Positions 9,960 to 19,278 of a stretch of DNA of 64,000 bases are shown in pieces. Within the stretch, counting starts at the first letter, position 1, and every line of letters starts with the position of its first letter. The translations under genes and the position numbers were made by a program. Source of the DNA: an uncultured Bacillota bacterium (GTDB lineage Bacteria; Sysuimicrobiota; Sysuimicrobiia; Sysuimicrobiales; Segetimicrobiaceae). Below the pieces are notes generated by a model. It saw nothing but the letters and a program-made list of their open reading frames with translations, searched no databases and was not told where the DNA came from. The DNA is taken from positions 32,001-96,000 of the forward strand of contig CAWDRG010000019.1 in NCBI GenBank assembly GCA_963804645.1, given 5' to 3'.

Positions 9960-11552
9960 CTACGGCTTGAGTCCCAGATCGAGCATCTTGTAGAGCACGT
10001 TCGCGTGCATCTGGGGCACGACGAGCTTCGGCGAGGCGATCACGACCCGCTTCTCGTGCACCAGCGGCACCCAGATGGCGTTGCTGACGACGATCTGCTG
10101 CAGCTTCTGGTACGCCTGCATCCGCTCGGGGTCGCTTGTGCTCGCGCGGCTAAGATCCAAGAGACGGTCCGTCTCCGGGTCGGCCCAGTTGAAGCGGTTC
10201 GGCGCCGGGCGCTGCGTGCTGTAGAAATAAAAGTAGAGGACGTCCGGCGTCACGTACCGGACGTTGATGAAGAACAGATCGTGCTGGCCCGCGCGGAGGG
10301 CAGCGAGGAACGCGGTCCATTCCATGCTCTGGGGGCGAAGCTGGACGCCGACGCCGGCGAGTTCGGACTGCGCGAGGGTCACGAGCTGCTCGACGCCGGG
10401 ACCGGGTGAGTACAGGAACAGCAGCGATAGGGGCTGGCCGTTCTTCTGGCGCACCGCGCCGGGGCCCGACTGGGTCCAGCCGTCCTCGTCGAGGATGCGC
10501 TTGGCGCGGCTGGGATCGTAGTGGTACCCGATCTTCTGGACGCCGGACCACCAGCCCGGCGTGCCCGGCGCCAGCGGTCCGAACGCCTCCGTGGCCAGCC
10601 CGTAGTAGGCCCCGGCGATGATCTCTTGTTTGTCGATACCGTAATTGACCGCCTGGCGGACTTTGAGGTCGTCGAGCGGTTTGTGGCCCAGATTGAGTCC
10701 AATAAACGCGGTGTTCAGGTCCCCGTACCGGATCACCTGGACCCGCTTGTCCTTGTCGAGCAGCGGGACCTGTTCGCCAGGGATCGACTCCGCGAACTGG
10801 GCGTCACCGATCTGGACCGCAGCGACGCGCGGCGTGTCCTCGACGATCGTGTGGAACACGACCGTCCCGAACGGGGCCGGGCCGTGGTTCTTGTAGAACG
10901 GCGGTCCCCAGGTGTAGGCCGGGTTGCGGGTCACCACCAGGCGGTCGTTCCGCACCCACTCGCGCAGGACGAACGGCCCGGTGCCGTCCACCTTGCCGAC
11001 GCCCGTGCCGTAGTCGTCACCCGCCCGGGTGACCGCGTCCTGGTTGATGATGCTGGCCGAGTAGCCGGCCAAGTTGACGAGGAGGATCGACAGCGGCGTC
11101 TTGAGATGCATGACGACGGTCGTGGGATTCGGGGCGTCGACGCTCTCGACGGGGCTGATGTTGTAGGCGGTCGGGGAGCCTTTGAGGGCCTGCCAGCGGT
11201 CCATCGTGTACTTGACGTCCGCCGAGGTCAGCGGTTTCCCCGACGCGAATCGCACGCCGGATCGCAGGGTAAAGGTGTATGTCTTGCCGTCCGGCGAGAT
11301 CGTCCACTTCTCCGCCAGCCCGGGCTGGACCGTGTTGGCGTAGTCCTGTGTCACGAGGGTGTCGTAGAGCAGATAGTCCACCTCGGCGGACGACACTGCG
11401 GTCGTGCGCTGCGGATCCAGCGTCTCGGTCTCCTGGGGGCGGGCAAACGTAAACGTGGATCCGGCGGACGGCGCGCCGGTCGCAAACTGGGGCAGGACGA
11501 CGAGCGAAAGCACCACGAGTCCGAGCACGCACCACCGCGCAGGTCGACGCAT
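9960..11552 (-). CDS. ABC transporter substrate-binding protein, family 5
   Basis: Signal peptide; LYDTLV..PGLAEKW, GTGPF and VRQAVNYGID motifs. Confidence 0.9.
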   Translation of the reverse strand: MRRPARWCVLGLVVLSLVVLPQFATGAPSAGSTFTFARPQETETLDPQRTTAVSSAEVDYLLYDTLVTQDYANTVQPGLAEKWTISPDGKTYTFTLRSGVRFASGKPLTSADVKYTMDRWQALKGSPTAYNISPVESVDAPNPTTVVMHLKTPLSILLVNLAGYSASIINQDAVTRAGDDYGTGVGKVDGTGPFVLREWVRNDRLVVTRNPAYTWGPPFYKNHGPAPFGTVVFHTIVEDTPRVAAVQIGDAQFAESIPGEQVPLLDKDKRVQVIRYGDLNTAFIGLNLGHKPLDDLKVRQAVNYGIDKQEIIAGAYYGLATEAFGPLAPGTPGWWSGVQKIGYHYDPSRAKRILDEDGWTQSGPGAVRQKNGQPLSLLFLYSPGPGVEQLVTLAQSELAGVGVQLRPQSMEWTAFLAALRAGQHDLFFINVRYVTPDVLYFYFYSTQRPAPNRFNWADPETDRLLDLSRASTSDPERMQAYQKLQQIVVSNAIWVPLVHEKRVVIASPKLVVPQMHANVLYKMLDLGLKP

Positions 11553-11676
11553 TCCACGTCTCCTCGGGGAGCCCGACGGACCGGAAGCAGTTGGGCTTTA
11601 AGTAGCCGCCTATTCGAGCGGCCGGCGGACACCTCCTGCCGCACGGGCGTCGGGCCCGGCCGCGGGCCGAGTCCGG

Positions 11677-12240
11677 TTACGCGGGACGCCGCGCGATGAG
11701 GCGCGCCGTGTCGATCTCCCGATCGCCTTCCTGACGGACGCCTTCCTCGTACTCGACGACGTGCCACCCGTCGAAGAGCGCCCGGAGTTCTCCAGGGTCG
11801 AGCGCGTAGCGGCTCTTGGAGGGCGCCGTCGGAGTCCGCCGGTGCGTCTCGACGTACACGTGGCCGCCCGGCCGCACCCATCGGGCCAGCCGTTCGATGA
11901 GCGCCCGGTCCAGGAAGAACGTCTGCACCGCCAGGTCGTACGACGCCGGCCGGCACTCGAAGGTGTCGAGGTCGGCCACGACGAGGTTCACGCGAAGCGC
12001 CGCCTCGGCCGCCCGCTGCTCGACGATCTGGAGGGCTTCGAGGGAGATGTCGACCGCGTCCACGGTCCAACCCTGGCGCGCGAGCAGCAGCGCGTGACGC
12101 CCGAGTCCCGCGGCGAGATCGAGGGCCCGCCCGGGCGGCAGCGCCCGCCCCAGCGCGGCGAGGCGCGGGGCCGGCTCAACGTCGTGGCGGCGGTCGCCCG
12201 CGGCGTACCGGGCGTCCCAGCGCTGGCGGTCGGTCTGCAT
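11677..12240 (-). CDS. SAM-dependent methyltransferase (TehB-like)
   Basis: ALDLAAGLGRH, VDAVDIS and RPGG motifs. Confidence 0.85.
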   Translation of the reverse strand: MQTDRQRWDARYAAGDRRHDVEPAPRLAALGRALPPGRALDLAAGLGRHALLLARQGWTVDAVDISLEALQIVEQRAAEAALRVNLVVADLDTFECRPASYDLAVQTFFLDRALIERLARWVRPGGHVYVETHRRTPTAPSKSRYALDPGELRALFDGWHVVEYEEGVRQEGDREIDTARLIARRPA

Positions 12241-12262
12241 GGGCAAGGTCCCGGCGGCGTTC

Positions 12263-13561
12263 CTAGAAGAACGTCGCGATCCCGCCGGTCACGGCATAGG
12301 CGTCGTCCACGAGCGGGACCAGGCGCCACTTGTCGAACGTCGTGCACGGATGCGACACGTCGAAGCCGACGACGTCCCCGACGCGAAGGTCGGCACCCGG
12401 CGGCAGCTGGACGAAGGCGTGTTGGTCGTTGAGCGCGCGGACCGCCGCCCCGTCCCCGAACGGGCGCGCGGCTCCGTCCCGCCACACCCACGTCGGGACC
12501 GGAAGCCGCACGTCGTATGGGGCGTCCCGCTTGCCGAAGCCGACGATCGCGAGCCCGGGTTCGGGGCGCGACAGCACCACCGCGAGCAACTCCAGCGCCG
12601 GCCGCATGCGATCGGGGCCAATGGCGCGCCCGGCGAACGGCGACAGACGCTCGTACTGATCGACGTCGTGGGTGACGTACGCGCCGGAGCGGACGACGAT
12701 CCGCACGGGCGTGGCCGTCGGCCAAGGCGGACTCAGCAGGTCGGCCGCCCGGTCGACGAACAGGCTGCTGCCGGCGCTCACGAGGATCTCCTCACGGCCG
12801 GCGAAGGCGTGCTGCGTCATCAGCGACGCGGCGACCGCGCGCACCCCCGCGAGGAAGTCGGTGACCGCGTCCACCCGACGCTCCGGGGCAAGGGCCGGGA
12901 CCGCCCCTTCGTAGGCCTCGACGCCGGCCAGCTCAAGGACGGCGCTCGCGCGGACGGCACGCGCCACGGCAGCCGCCTCCGCCTCGCTCCGGCAGCCCGC
13001 CCGTCCTCCCGGCGCTCCGATTTCCACGAGGACCGGCAGGGAGCGGGAGGGGGCGCCCCGGTCCAGCGCGCGCGTCAGCGCGGCGACGCCGGCCTCCGAG
13101 TCGACCAGCACGTAGCACTCGAACCGGGGATCCCGGGCCAGCTCGGCGGCCAGCCACCGCGCGGCGACAGGTTCGACGACCTCGTTCGCGATGAAGATGC
13201 GCTCCGCGCCGACTGCGCGAAACACCCGCGCCTGCTGGACGGTGGCGACCGTCACACCCCAGGCGCCGGCGCGGAGCTGCCGGTCGACGATCTGCGGCGC
13301 CATCGGCGTTTTGCCGTGCGGGGCGAGCGACACACCGCGGGCCCGGCAGTACTGCGCCATGACCTCGATGTTGTGGGCGAGGGCGGCCTCCTTGAGCACG
13401 ACGAGCGGCAGCAGCAGATCCCCCGTGCGGGCGTTCCACCCCTGCGCCCCGATCGTGCCCACGGTGACGCGCGCGTCGGTGGGAGGAAAGCCTTTGTACC
13501 GAGCGTCCACGACCTCGTCGAGGATGCGCGAGAGATCCAGTCCGCCGACCGCTCGTGCCAT
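12263..13561 (-). CDS. PLP-dependent D-amino-acid deaminase/aldolase (alanine-racemase fold, D-serine deaminase-like)
   Basis: LAPHGKTPMAPQ (PLP lysine), RSGAYVTHD, GKRD, SHPCTTFDKW. Confidence 0.85.
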   Translation of the reverse strand: MARAVGGLDLSRILDEVVDARYKGFPPTDARVTVGTIGAQGWNARTGDLLLPLVVLKEAALAHNIEVMAQYCRARGVSLAPHGKTPMAPQIVDRQLRAGAWGVTVATVQQARVFRAVGAERIFIANEVVEPVAARWLAAELARDPRFECYVLVDSEAGVAALTRALDRGAPSRSLPVLVEIGAPGGRAGCRSEAEAAAVARAVRASAVLELAGVEAYEGAVPALAPERRVDAVTDFLAGVRAVAASLMTQHAFAGREEILVSAGSSLFVDRAADLLSPPWPTATPVRIVVRSGAYVTHDVDQYERLSPFAGRAIGPDRMRPALELLAVVLSRPEPGLAIVGFGKRDAPYDVRLPVPTWVWRDGAARPFGDGAAVRALNDQHAFVQLPPGADLRVGDVVGFDVSHPCTTFDKWRLVPLVDDAYAVTGGIATFF

Positions 13562-13605
13562 CGTGCTGCCCCCTTCGGATCGCGTCGCGTGCACCCGCCG
13601 GCGAG

Positions 13606-15177
13606 TCACTGCCGGGCGATCGCCGAGCGCTGCCCGCGCAGCACGTACTTCTGAATCTTGCCCGTCGCGGTCCGGGGCAGATCGTCCACGAACTTGACCG
13701 CCTTCGGCACTTTGAAATGGGCGAGATGGTCGCGCGCGAACTGGATCAACTCCGCTTCGGTGACGACCGCGTTGGCTTGGCGCACCACGAACGCGTGGGG
13801 CGCCTCGCCCCACCGTTCGTCGGGGAGCCCCACGACGGCGACCTCCCGGACGCCCGAGTGGCGGAGCAGCAGGCCTTCGACTTCCACGGACGAGATGTTC
13901 TCGCCGCCGCTGATGATCACGTCTTTGAGGCGGTCTCGGACCTCGAGGTACCCGTCCGGGTGCACGACGGCCGCGTCGCCCGTATGGAACCAGCCGTTGC
14001 GGATGACGGCGTCGGTCGCGGCCTGGTCGTTGAAGTAGCCCTTCATCACGACGTTCCCGCGGACGGCGATCTCGCCGAGCGTCTGCCCGTCGTGCGGCAC
14101 CTCGCGGTCCTGGTCGTCCACGACCCGCAGGTCCCCGGAGGTGATGAGTTCCACCCCCTGGCGCGCCTTCACCACCGCGCGCTGGTCCGCCGAGAGCTGC
14201 GCGTGCTCGGGGCGGGGCTCGCAGATCGAAATGAACGGGGACGTCTCCGTCAGCCCGTACACGTGGGTGATCTCCCAGCCGAGCTCGCCCTCGATGCGCG
14301 CGATCGTCGCAGCCGCGGGCGGGGCGCCCGCCGTGAACACCCGCACACCTCGCGGCGCCGCCCGGCGCGCGTCGTCCGGGGCGTTGGCCAGCATGATCAG
14401 TACCGTGGGCGCGGCGCAGAGCAGGTTGACTTCGAGATCCCGGCATAGGGTGAAGACACGCTCGGGCTCCACTCGACGGAGGCAGATGTGCGTGCCGCCC
14501 ACGGCGGTGATCCTCCACACAAACGTCCAGCCGTTGGCGTGGAACATCGGCAGCGTCCACAGGTACCGGGTCGCCGGGCTCATCGGGACATGGACGAGCG
14601 CGCCGATCACGTCGGTGTACGCGTTCCGGTGGGTGATCATGACGCCCTTCGGACGCGCCGTGGTGCCGCTCGTGTAGTTGACCGTCAGGAGGTCGGTCTC
14701 AGCGATCGGTGCCGGCCGGAACTCGGCGGTCGACCCCTTGAGCAGCCCTTCGTAGTCGAGCCAGCCGGCGCGGGCACCGCCGAGCGCGACGAAATGCTCC
14801 ACGGAGGGCAGCGAGGCCCTGATACCGTCGACGGCGTCCAGGTGGTCCGGATCCGCGCACACCACGCGCGCGCCGCTGTGGGTGATGATGTACGCGAAGT
14901 CGTCCGGGGTCAGCCGGTAGTTGATTGGGACCAGGACCGCGCCGGTCTGCGGCACGGCGTAGAACGACTCCAGCTGCTGGTGGGTGTTCGGCGCGATGTA
15001 CGCCACACGGTCGCCGGGCCGCACGCCGAGGCGCTGCAACTCGGCGGACCATCGGTCGCAGCGGGCGAAGAACTGTTCGTACGTGAACCGCTCGTCGCCG
15101 TCGATCACCGCCTGGCGGCCTCCGTACAGCCGTCGCGAGCGGCGGGCGAATTCGAGCGGTGTCAGCGGCGTCTCCAT
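13606..15177 (-). CDS. Long-chain fatty-acid/acyl-CoA ligase
   Basis: YTSGTTARPKG, YGLTE, WFHTGD, SGGENISS, PRTATGKIQK. Confidence 0.92.
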   Translation of the reverse strand: METPLTPLEFARRSRRLYGGRQAVIDGDERFTYEQFFARCDRWSAELQRLGVRPGDRVAYIAPNTHQQLESFYAVPQTGAVLVPINYRLTPDDFAYIITHSGARVVCADPDHLDAVDGIRASLPSVEHFVALGGARAGWLDYEGLLKGSTAEFRPAPIAETDLLTVNYTSGTTARPKGVMITHRNAYTDVIGALVHVPMSPATRYLWTLPMFHANGWTFVWRITAVGGTHICLRRVEPERVFTLCRDLEVNLLCAAPTVLIMLANAPDDARRAAPRGVRVFTAGAPPAAATIARIEGELGWEITHVYGLTETSPFISICEPRPEHAQLSADQRAVVKARQGVELITSGDLRVVDDQDREVPHDGQTLGEIAVRGNVVMKGYFNDQAATDAVIRNGWFHTGDAAVVHPDGYLEVRDRLKDVIISGGENISSVEVEGLLLRHSGVREVAVVGLPDERWGEAPHAFVVRQANAVVTEAELIQFARDHLAHFKVPKAVKFVDDLPRTATGKIQKYVLRGQRSAIARQ

Positions 15178-15585
15178 GGTCGCGGACCTCCTCCACGTTC
15201 CTGACGTGTCGGCGGGCATCCCGCCGGCGGTGAGCGGCTGCCCCGCGCGGAGCGCCGTCCGCACCGCGTGCGCTCCGCCGGTGTGAACCTAGTTCGCCTG
15301 CGGACCGCGCGTCGCCTGCGGCGCCGCCGCGCCCGGGGCGGGGCGGCCGTACGCGGCGGCCCGCGGGCGCCGACTTGTGGAGATGGCGTCTCGCGACTAC
15401 GATTGGTGGCGTGGAGGTGAGTCCGGTCGAGCATCGGCGAGACGGGAGACGCGGACCGCGGGCGGGGGCATCGATCACATACGGCAGGAGGGGACGATGA
15501 CGACCGCGTTGTTTACGAAGTTGTGTCGAGGTGCAACGTTGGACGCGGTGGGCGCAGCCACGCGGCAGCCGGGATTTGCGTCGTG

Positions 15586-16317
15586 ATGCCGTCGATCGAT
15601 CTCATCTCGCGTGCCGTCTTGGTCGCGGGCGCCAGCAGCGGGATCGGACGCGCCATCGCGCTCGGTGCGGCGGAGGCGGGAGCGCGGGTGTGTTTGTTCG
15701 CGCGCGACCGCGCGCGCCTCCAGGCGGTCGAGCGCGCCATCCTCGCGTCGGGTGGGGACGCCGTTGCGGTGGCCGGTGATGCCGCGAGCCCGGACGCGGC
15801 CGCCCTCGCGGTCCGCACGGCGGCCGACCGCTTCGGCCGGCTGGACGTGCTGGTGAACTCGGTGGGGATTAACGTCAAGAACCGGGCGCTTACGGCGCTG
15901 ACCTTGGAGACCTGGCACGAGCTGATCGCAGCCAACCTGACCGCGGCCTACGTGCTGACCCAGGCCGTGCTGCCGCTGTTCCGCGAGCGCTCAGACGGGC
16001 TGCTCATGCATATTGGCTCGATGGCCGCCAAGCGGCCGGACGTCTCCGGGGTCGGCTACCAGGCCGCCAAGCGCGGGCTGGTCGGGCTGGCCCACGGCAC
16101 GATGGAGGAAGAGCGCCAGCACGGGATCAGGGTGACCGTGGTGTTCCCGGGGTTGACCGACACGCCGCTGCTCGACCGGCGCCCCACGCCGCCGACCCCC
16201 GAGGCGCGCGCGAAGGCGCTCCAACCGGCGGACGTCGCGTTCCTGTGCCTGGCGGTGATGGCGCTTCCGCCGCGCGCCCACGTGCCGGAGATCCTGGTGT
16301 ATCCGAGTCGGTTCTGA
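15586..16317 (+). CDS. Short-chain dehydrogenase/reductase
   Basis: GASSGIG and YQAAK motifs. Confidence 0.85.
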   Translation: MPSIDLISRAVLVAGASSGIGRAIALGAAEAGARVCLFARDRARLQAVERAILASGGDAVAVAGDAASPDAAALAVRTAADRFGRLDVLVNSVGINVKNRALTALTLETWHELIAANLTAAYVLTQAVLPLFRERSDGLLMHIGSMAAKRPDVSGVGYQAAKRGLVGLAHGTMEEERQHGIRVTVVFPGLTDTPLLDRRPTPPTPEARAKALQPADVAFLCLAVMALPPRAHVPEILVYPSRF

Positions 16318-16476
16318 CGGAAGATTGATGGGAGCGGGCGGTCCTAAGGCGCGTGCCTACGCCGATCCGAGCAAGATCCGCATCGACCTCCGGGCCTGTC
16401 GTAGGTCAGTGATCCTGTCACCCCAACTGATCAATGAAAATGTCATCCCGGGGTCCTCATCTGCAGGCGGGTTTGG

Positions 16477-16976
16477 TCAGCCCCGCTTCCACGGATGATC
16501 GGGTGGCTGTGGGGGCGGCGTGCGTGGCGCGCGCGGCGGGGGAGCCACGGGCACACACCGCGGGGCTGGTTGCGGCGCCTGCGATAGGCGTCGGCACGAG
16601 AGTGACTGCCCGCGGTAAGAGACGCCTAGGGTGCCATCGAGGAACGCGTGGACGTCGACCCGCGTGTTGGCATAGCTGCGCCCGCTGGGACCCGGCAGCA
16701 GTTGGACCCACTGCCCGGCCAGGCGGATGGTGTTGTCTTGGCCGACGGTGCGGCGGTAGCGGAAGCAGCAGATGCGCTCCAGGTCACGGCGCTCGGGCGC
16801 GGGGCGCCACGCAGGCGTCTTCTGAGCCGCCGACACCGCGAAGCGGGCATTGTAGCGAGGCAGGAACCGATCCAGGACGCGTTGCGCCTGTCCGCCAAGG
16901 TGCCCGCCTTCGCGAGACGCAGTTCGATGACGAGGCGATCCTGGAAGGTGCCAAAGAGCCGCTCGACCCGACCCTT
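16477..16976 (-). pseudogene. IS1202-family transposase, C-terminal fragment
   Basis: KGRVERLFGTFQDRL..., then (after a frameshift near 16890) RTVGQDNTI...DHPWKRG*. Confidence 0.8.
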
Positions 16977-17072
16977 ATCTGGTATGAAATTATCGGATGC
17001 GCCCTCCTCCTACGAGTTGCCGGCAGTCGGCAGCGACGTGCTATGGTGAGACCATCCGGGCGAGGGGCATCT

Positions 17073-17207
17073 GGGAGCACGCAGGACGGGTAGGCCGACG
17101 TCAAGCGATGGGCTGCGAGCCCGAACCTTTATTTGGCCGCCCCTGCGACTAGCCTGGTTGCGCTGAGAGCGCGAATCCGTTCGTGTCGCGTGACCCGCCT
17201 GCCTCCC
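17073..17207 (+). ncRNA. Candidate bridge RNA of IS110 #1
   Basis: Outer stem 17073-17091/17193-17207 encloses two internal loops, each with a central hairpin; loop strands partly match the target (GTCAAG, GAACCTT) and the donor end (ATCCGT). Confidence 0.6.
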
Positions 17208-17223
17208 ATTCAGCAAAGGGGGG

Positions 17224-18465
17224 ATGCATACGCGGTTCTTCGGGTTTGACGTTCATCAGGAATTCACGCAGATCGCGATGCTGGAGGGAGACCAGCTCAC
17301 TCAGCTCGGTCGTATTCCGACCACCCCCGCAGCCTTGCGGGAGTTTGCCGAAACCCTTAGCACTCAGGATCAGGTCGTATTGGAAGCCACCACCAATACC
17401 TATGCGATTGTGCAACTGCTCCAACAGCATGCGGGCCGAGTCGTCGTTTCCAATCCGCTCCAAACACGCGCGATCGCCGATGCCAAGATCAAGACGGATA
17501 AGGTCGATGCCGAAACCTTGGTGCGGTTGCTGGCAGGTGGGTGGCTCCCAGAGGTGTGGGTGCCAGATGCAGACACGCAAGCGCTCCGTCAGCAGGTTGC
17601 GTATCGGATCGGGTTAGTCCGCCAGCGCACGCGAGTCAAGTGTCGTGTGCACAGCATCCTGTCGCGCAATTTGATCGCGAGTTGCCCCCGGAGCGATCTG
17701 TTTGGTAAGGGCGGGCGGCAATGGTTGCTGGAGCAGGCGCTGCCGCAATTGCCCATCCATGAGCAGGCCGTCGTCACGGCCAGTCTGCGCGAGTTCGATA
17801 CCGTGAGCGCGGAGCTGGCTACGATCGAGCGCACGCTCGCCGGAGGAGCATTGCCCAGGCCTGAGGTGCGCCGGCTCATGACGATTCCCGGGATTGATGT
17901 TATCGCCGCCCTAGCGATTATGGCGGCGGTCGGAAATGTTCAGCGTTTTCGTACGCCGTCAAAGCTGGTGGCGTATCTCGGATTAGATCCGCGGGTGCGA
18001 CAATCGGGGTCAGGTCCCGTCAAATACGGACGCATCAGCAAACGCGGCCCGGGGCATGCGCGTGCCGCACTCGTTGAGGCAGCATGGGCGGCGGTGAAGA
18101 GTCCGGGGCCCTTGCGTGTCTTCTACCACCGGGTCCGGAATCGGCGCGGCGGACAGATCGCCGTCGTGGCGACGGCTCGAAAGCTCGTGGTATTAGCGTG
18201 GCACTTGCTCGCCAGGGAGCAGGACTACGCGTTCGTGCGCCCGTCTCTCGTCGCAAAGAAGTGGCGCGCCCTCGAGCTCCAGGCCGGGCATCCCCCGCGG
18301 CGGGGCGAGCGTGGCGCCGCGTACGCGTACTACCTCAAACCGCTGCGTGATCAAGAGCGTGAAATTGGAGTGCAGGCCGAGCGAGCGTATACCTTGCTCA
18401 CCCAGCACTGGCAGCCGCGCCGAGCAACACAGGACGCGGGCGCCGCAAATGGGAAGCGACTCTAA
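17224..18465 (+). CDS. IS110-family DEDD recombinase/transposase #1
   Basis: FGFDVH, LEATT, KTDKVDA, TIPGI, YLGLDPRVRQSG (catalytic Ser region), VATARKL. Confidence 0.95.
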   Translation: MHTRFFGFDVHQEFTQIAMLEGDQLTQLGRIPTTPAALREFAETLSTQDQVVLEATTNTYAIVQLLQQHAGRVVVSNPLQTRAIADAKIKTDKVDAETLVRLLAGGWLPEVWVPDADTQALRQQVAYRIGLVRQRTRVKCRVHSILSRNLIASCPRSDLFGKGGRQWLLEQALPQLPIHEQAVVTASLREFDTVSAELATIERTLAGGALPRPEVRRLMTIPGIDVIAALAIMAAVGNVQRFRTPSKLVAYLGLDPRVRQSGSGPVKYGRISKRGPGHARAALVEAAWAAVKSPGPLRVFYHRVRNRRGGQIAVVATARKLVVLAWHLLAREQDYAFVRPSLVAKKWRALELQAGHPPRRGERGAAYAYYLKPLRDQEREIGVQAERAYTLLTQHWQPRRATQDAGAANGKRL

Positions 18466-19069
18466 GGCGCAGCGCCACTAAGATAATTTGACATGGACGT
18501 CGAATAGGCCCCTCGCACGGGTTCGATCGCAGCCATCGTCGCAGCAACAATCGCAGCAGCGAGGTGAGCTTCCATGGCCGCAGCGTCCGCCACGCCGCCC
18601 GCCGTGCCCTCGGTCAATCTGGCTCAAATCATCAAGCTCCTGCACACGCATCTCACGGCAGCCTTATGTAACACGGTGTTCCAGCGGGTCCGGAATCGGG
18701 AACGCCAACGCCGCTGGTCTTTGGCCGCCCTGGCTCAGTTTTGGCTCACCGTGCTCCTCACGGGCCCCCGTTCGCTGACCCAGGCGTTGCGAGAAACGGG
18801 CATCATGTTCCCCCACCTGGGGCCGGCGGCGCGCACCTCTCCGGAGGCCTTATCTGTTGAGGGACCCCGCCGTCAAGAGGGACCGTGTAACGATTTAGAA
18901 GCTATTCCCCCACCGATCGCGACCGCGGCAAAATGTGCAGCGTCCGACGGGACGATCAAAGCCGTGTCCCGAGAAGCGTTGGCAATTTCTCGCAGCCGAG
19001 TTTCGATGTCGAGATTCTGTGGAGGAATTAGGCCCGGACAATCACCTCCCGGAAAGACCGCGGAGATAG

Positions 19070-19278
19070 GAAGTCTGCGCCAGGGTGCCCAGCCTTATCT
19101 GGGTGCGCGGAGGTATAGCCTCCGGCGACATGATGAGTGATAGGTGCAACCCTGGAGCGGGCTGCGGCCGCATCCATCTTTTCGGGATGTCCACGGACAA
19201 GCCGTGGCGACATGGGCTTACTGGGAGCTGGCCGCATCCCATCTGGTGATCTCGGGCAGAAGCGCAGTAATCCCATCT
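19070..19278 (-). ncRNA. Candidate seek/bridge RNA of IS110 #2 (downstream of the transposase; boundaries approximate)
   Basis: Contains CAGATAAG (identical to one donor end plus core) and CATGTC (other end) around hairpin GGAGG-CTATA-CCTCC; GGCTT and GAAAAG flank a second hairpin and resemble the target. Confidence 0.55.

Noticed and set aside
16972..16982. Shared CCTTATCTG at the left junctions of both IS110s as evidence of one element or cross-recognition
   Set aside because: The elements are in opposite orientation with different IRs and divergent transposases; the similarity beyond the CTT core may be chance
19118..19125. 8-nt match (CCGGAGGC) between the IS110 #2 non-coding end and its left target flank
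   Set aside because: Lies mostly in a hairpin stem (GGAGG/CCTCC) of the presumed donor loop; probably coincidental in GC-rich DNA
18574..19140. 188-aa ORF as an independent gene (likewise the C-terminus of 21388-22062)
   Set aside because: Chimeric read-through from an interrupted transposase into the inserted IS110 end
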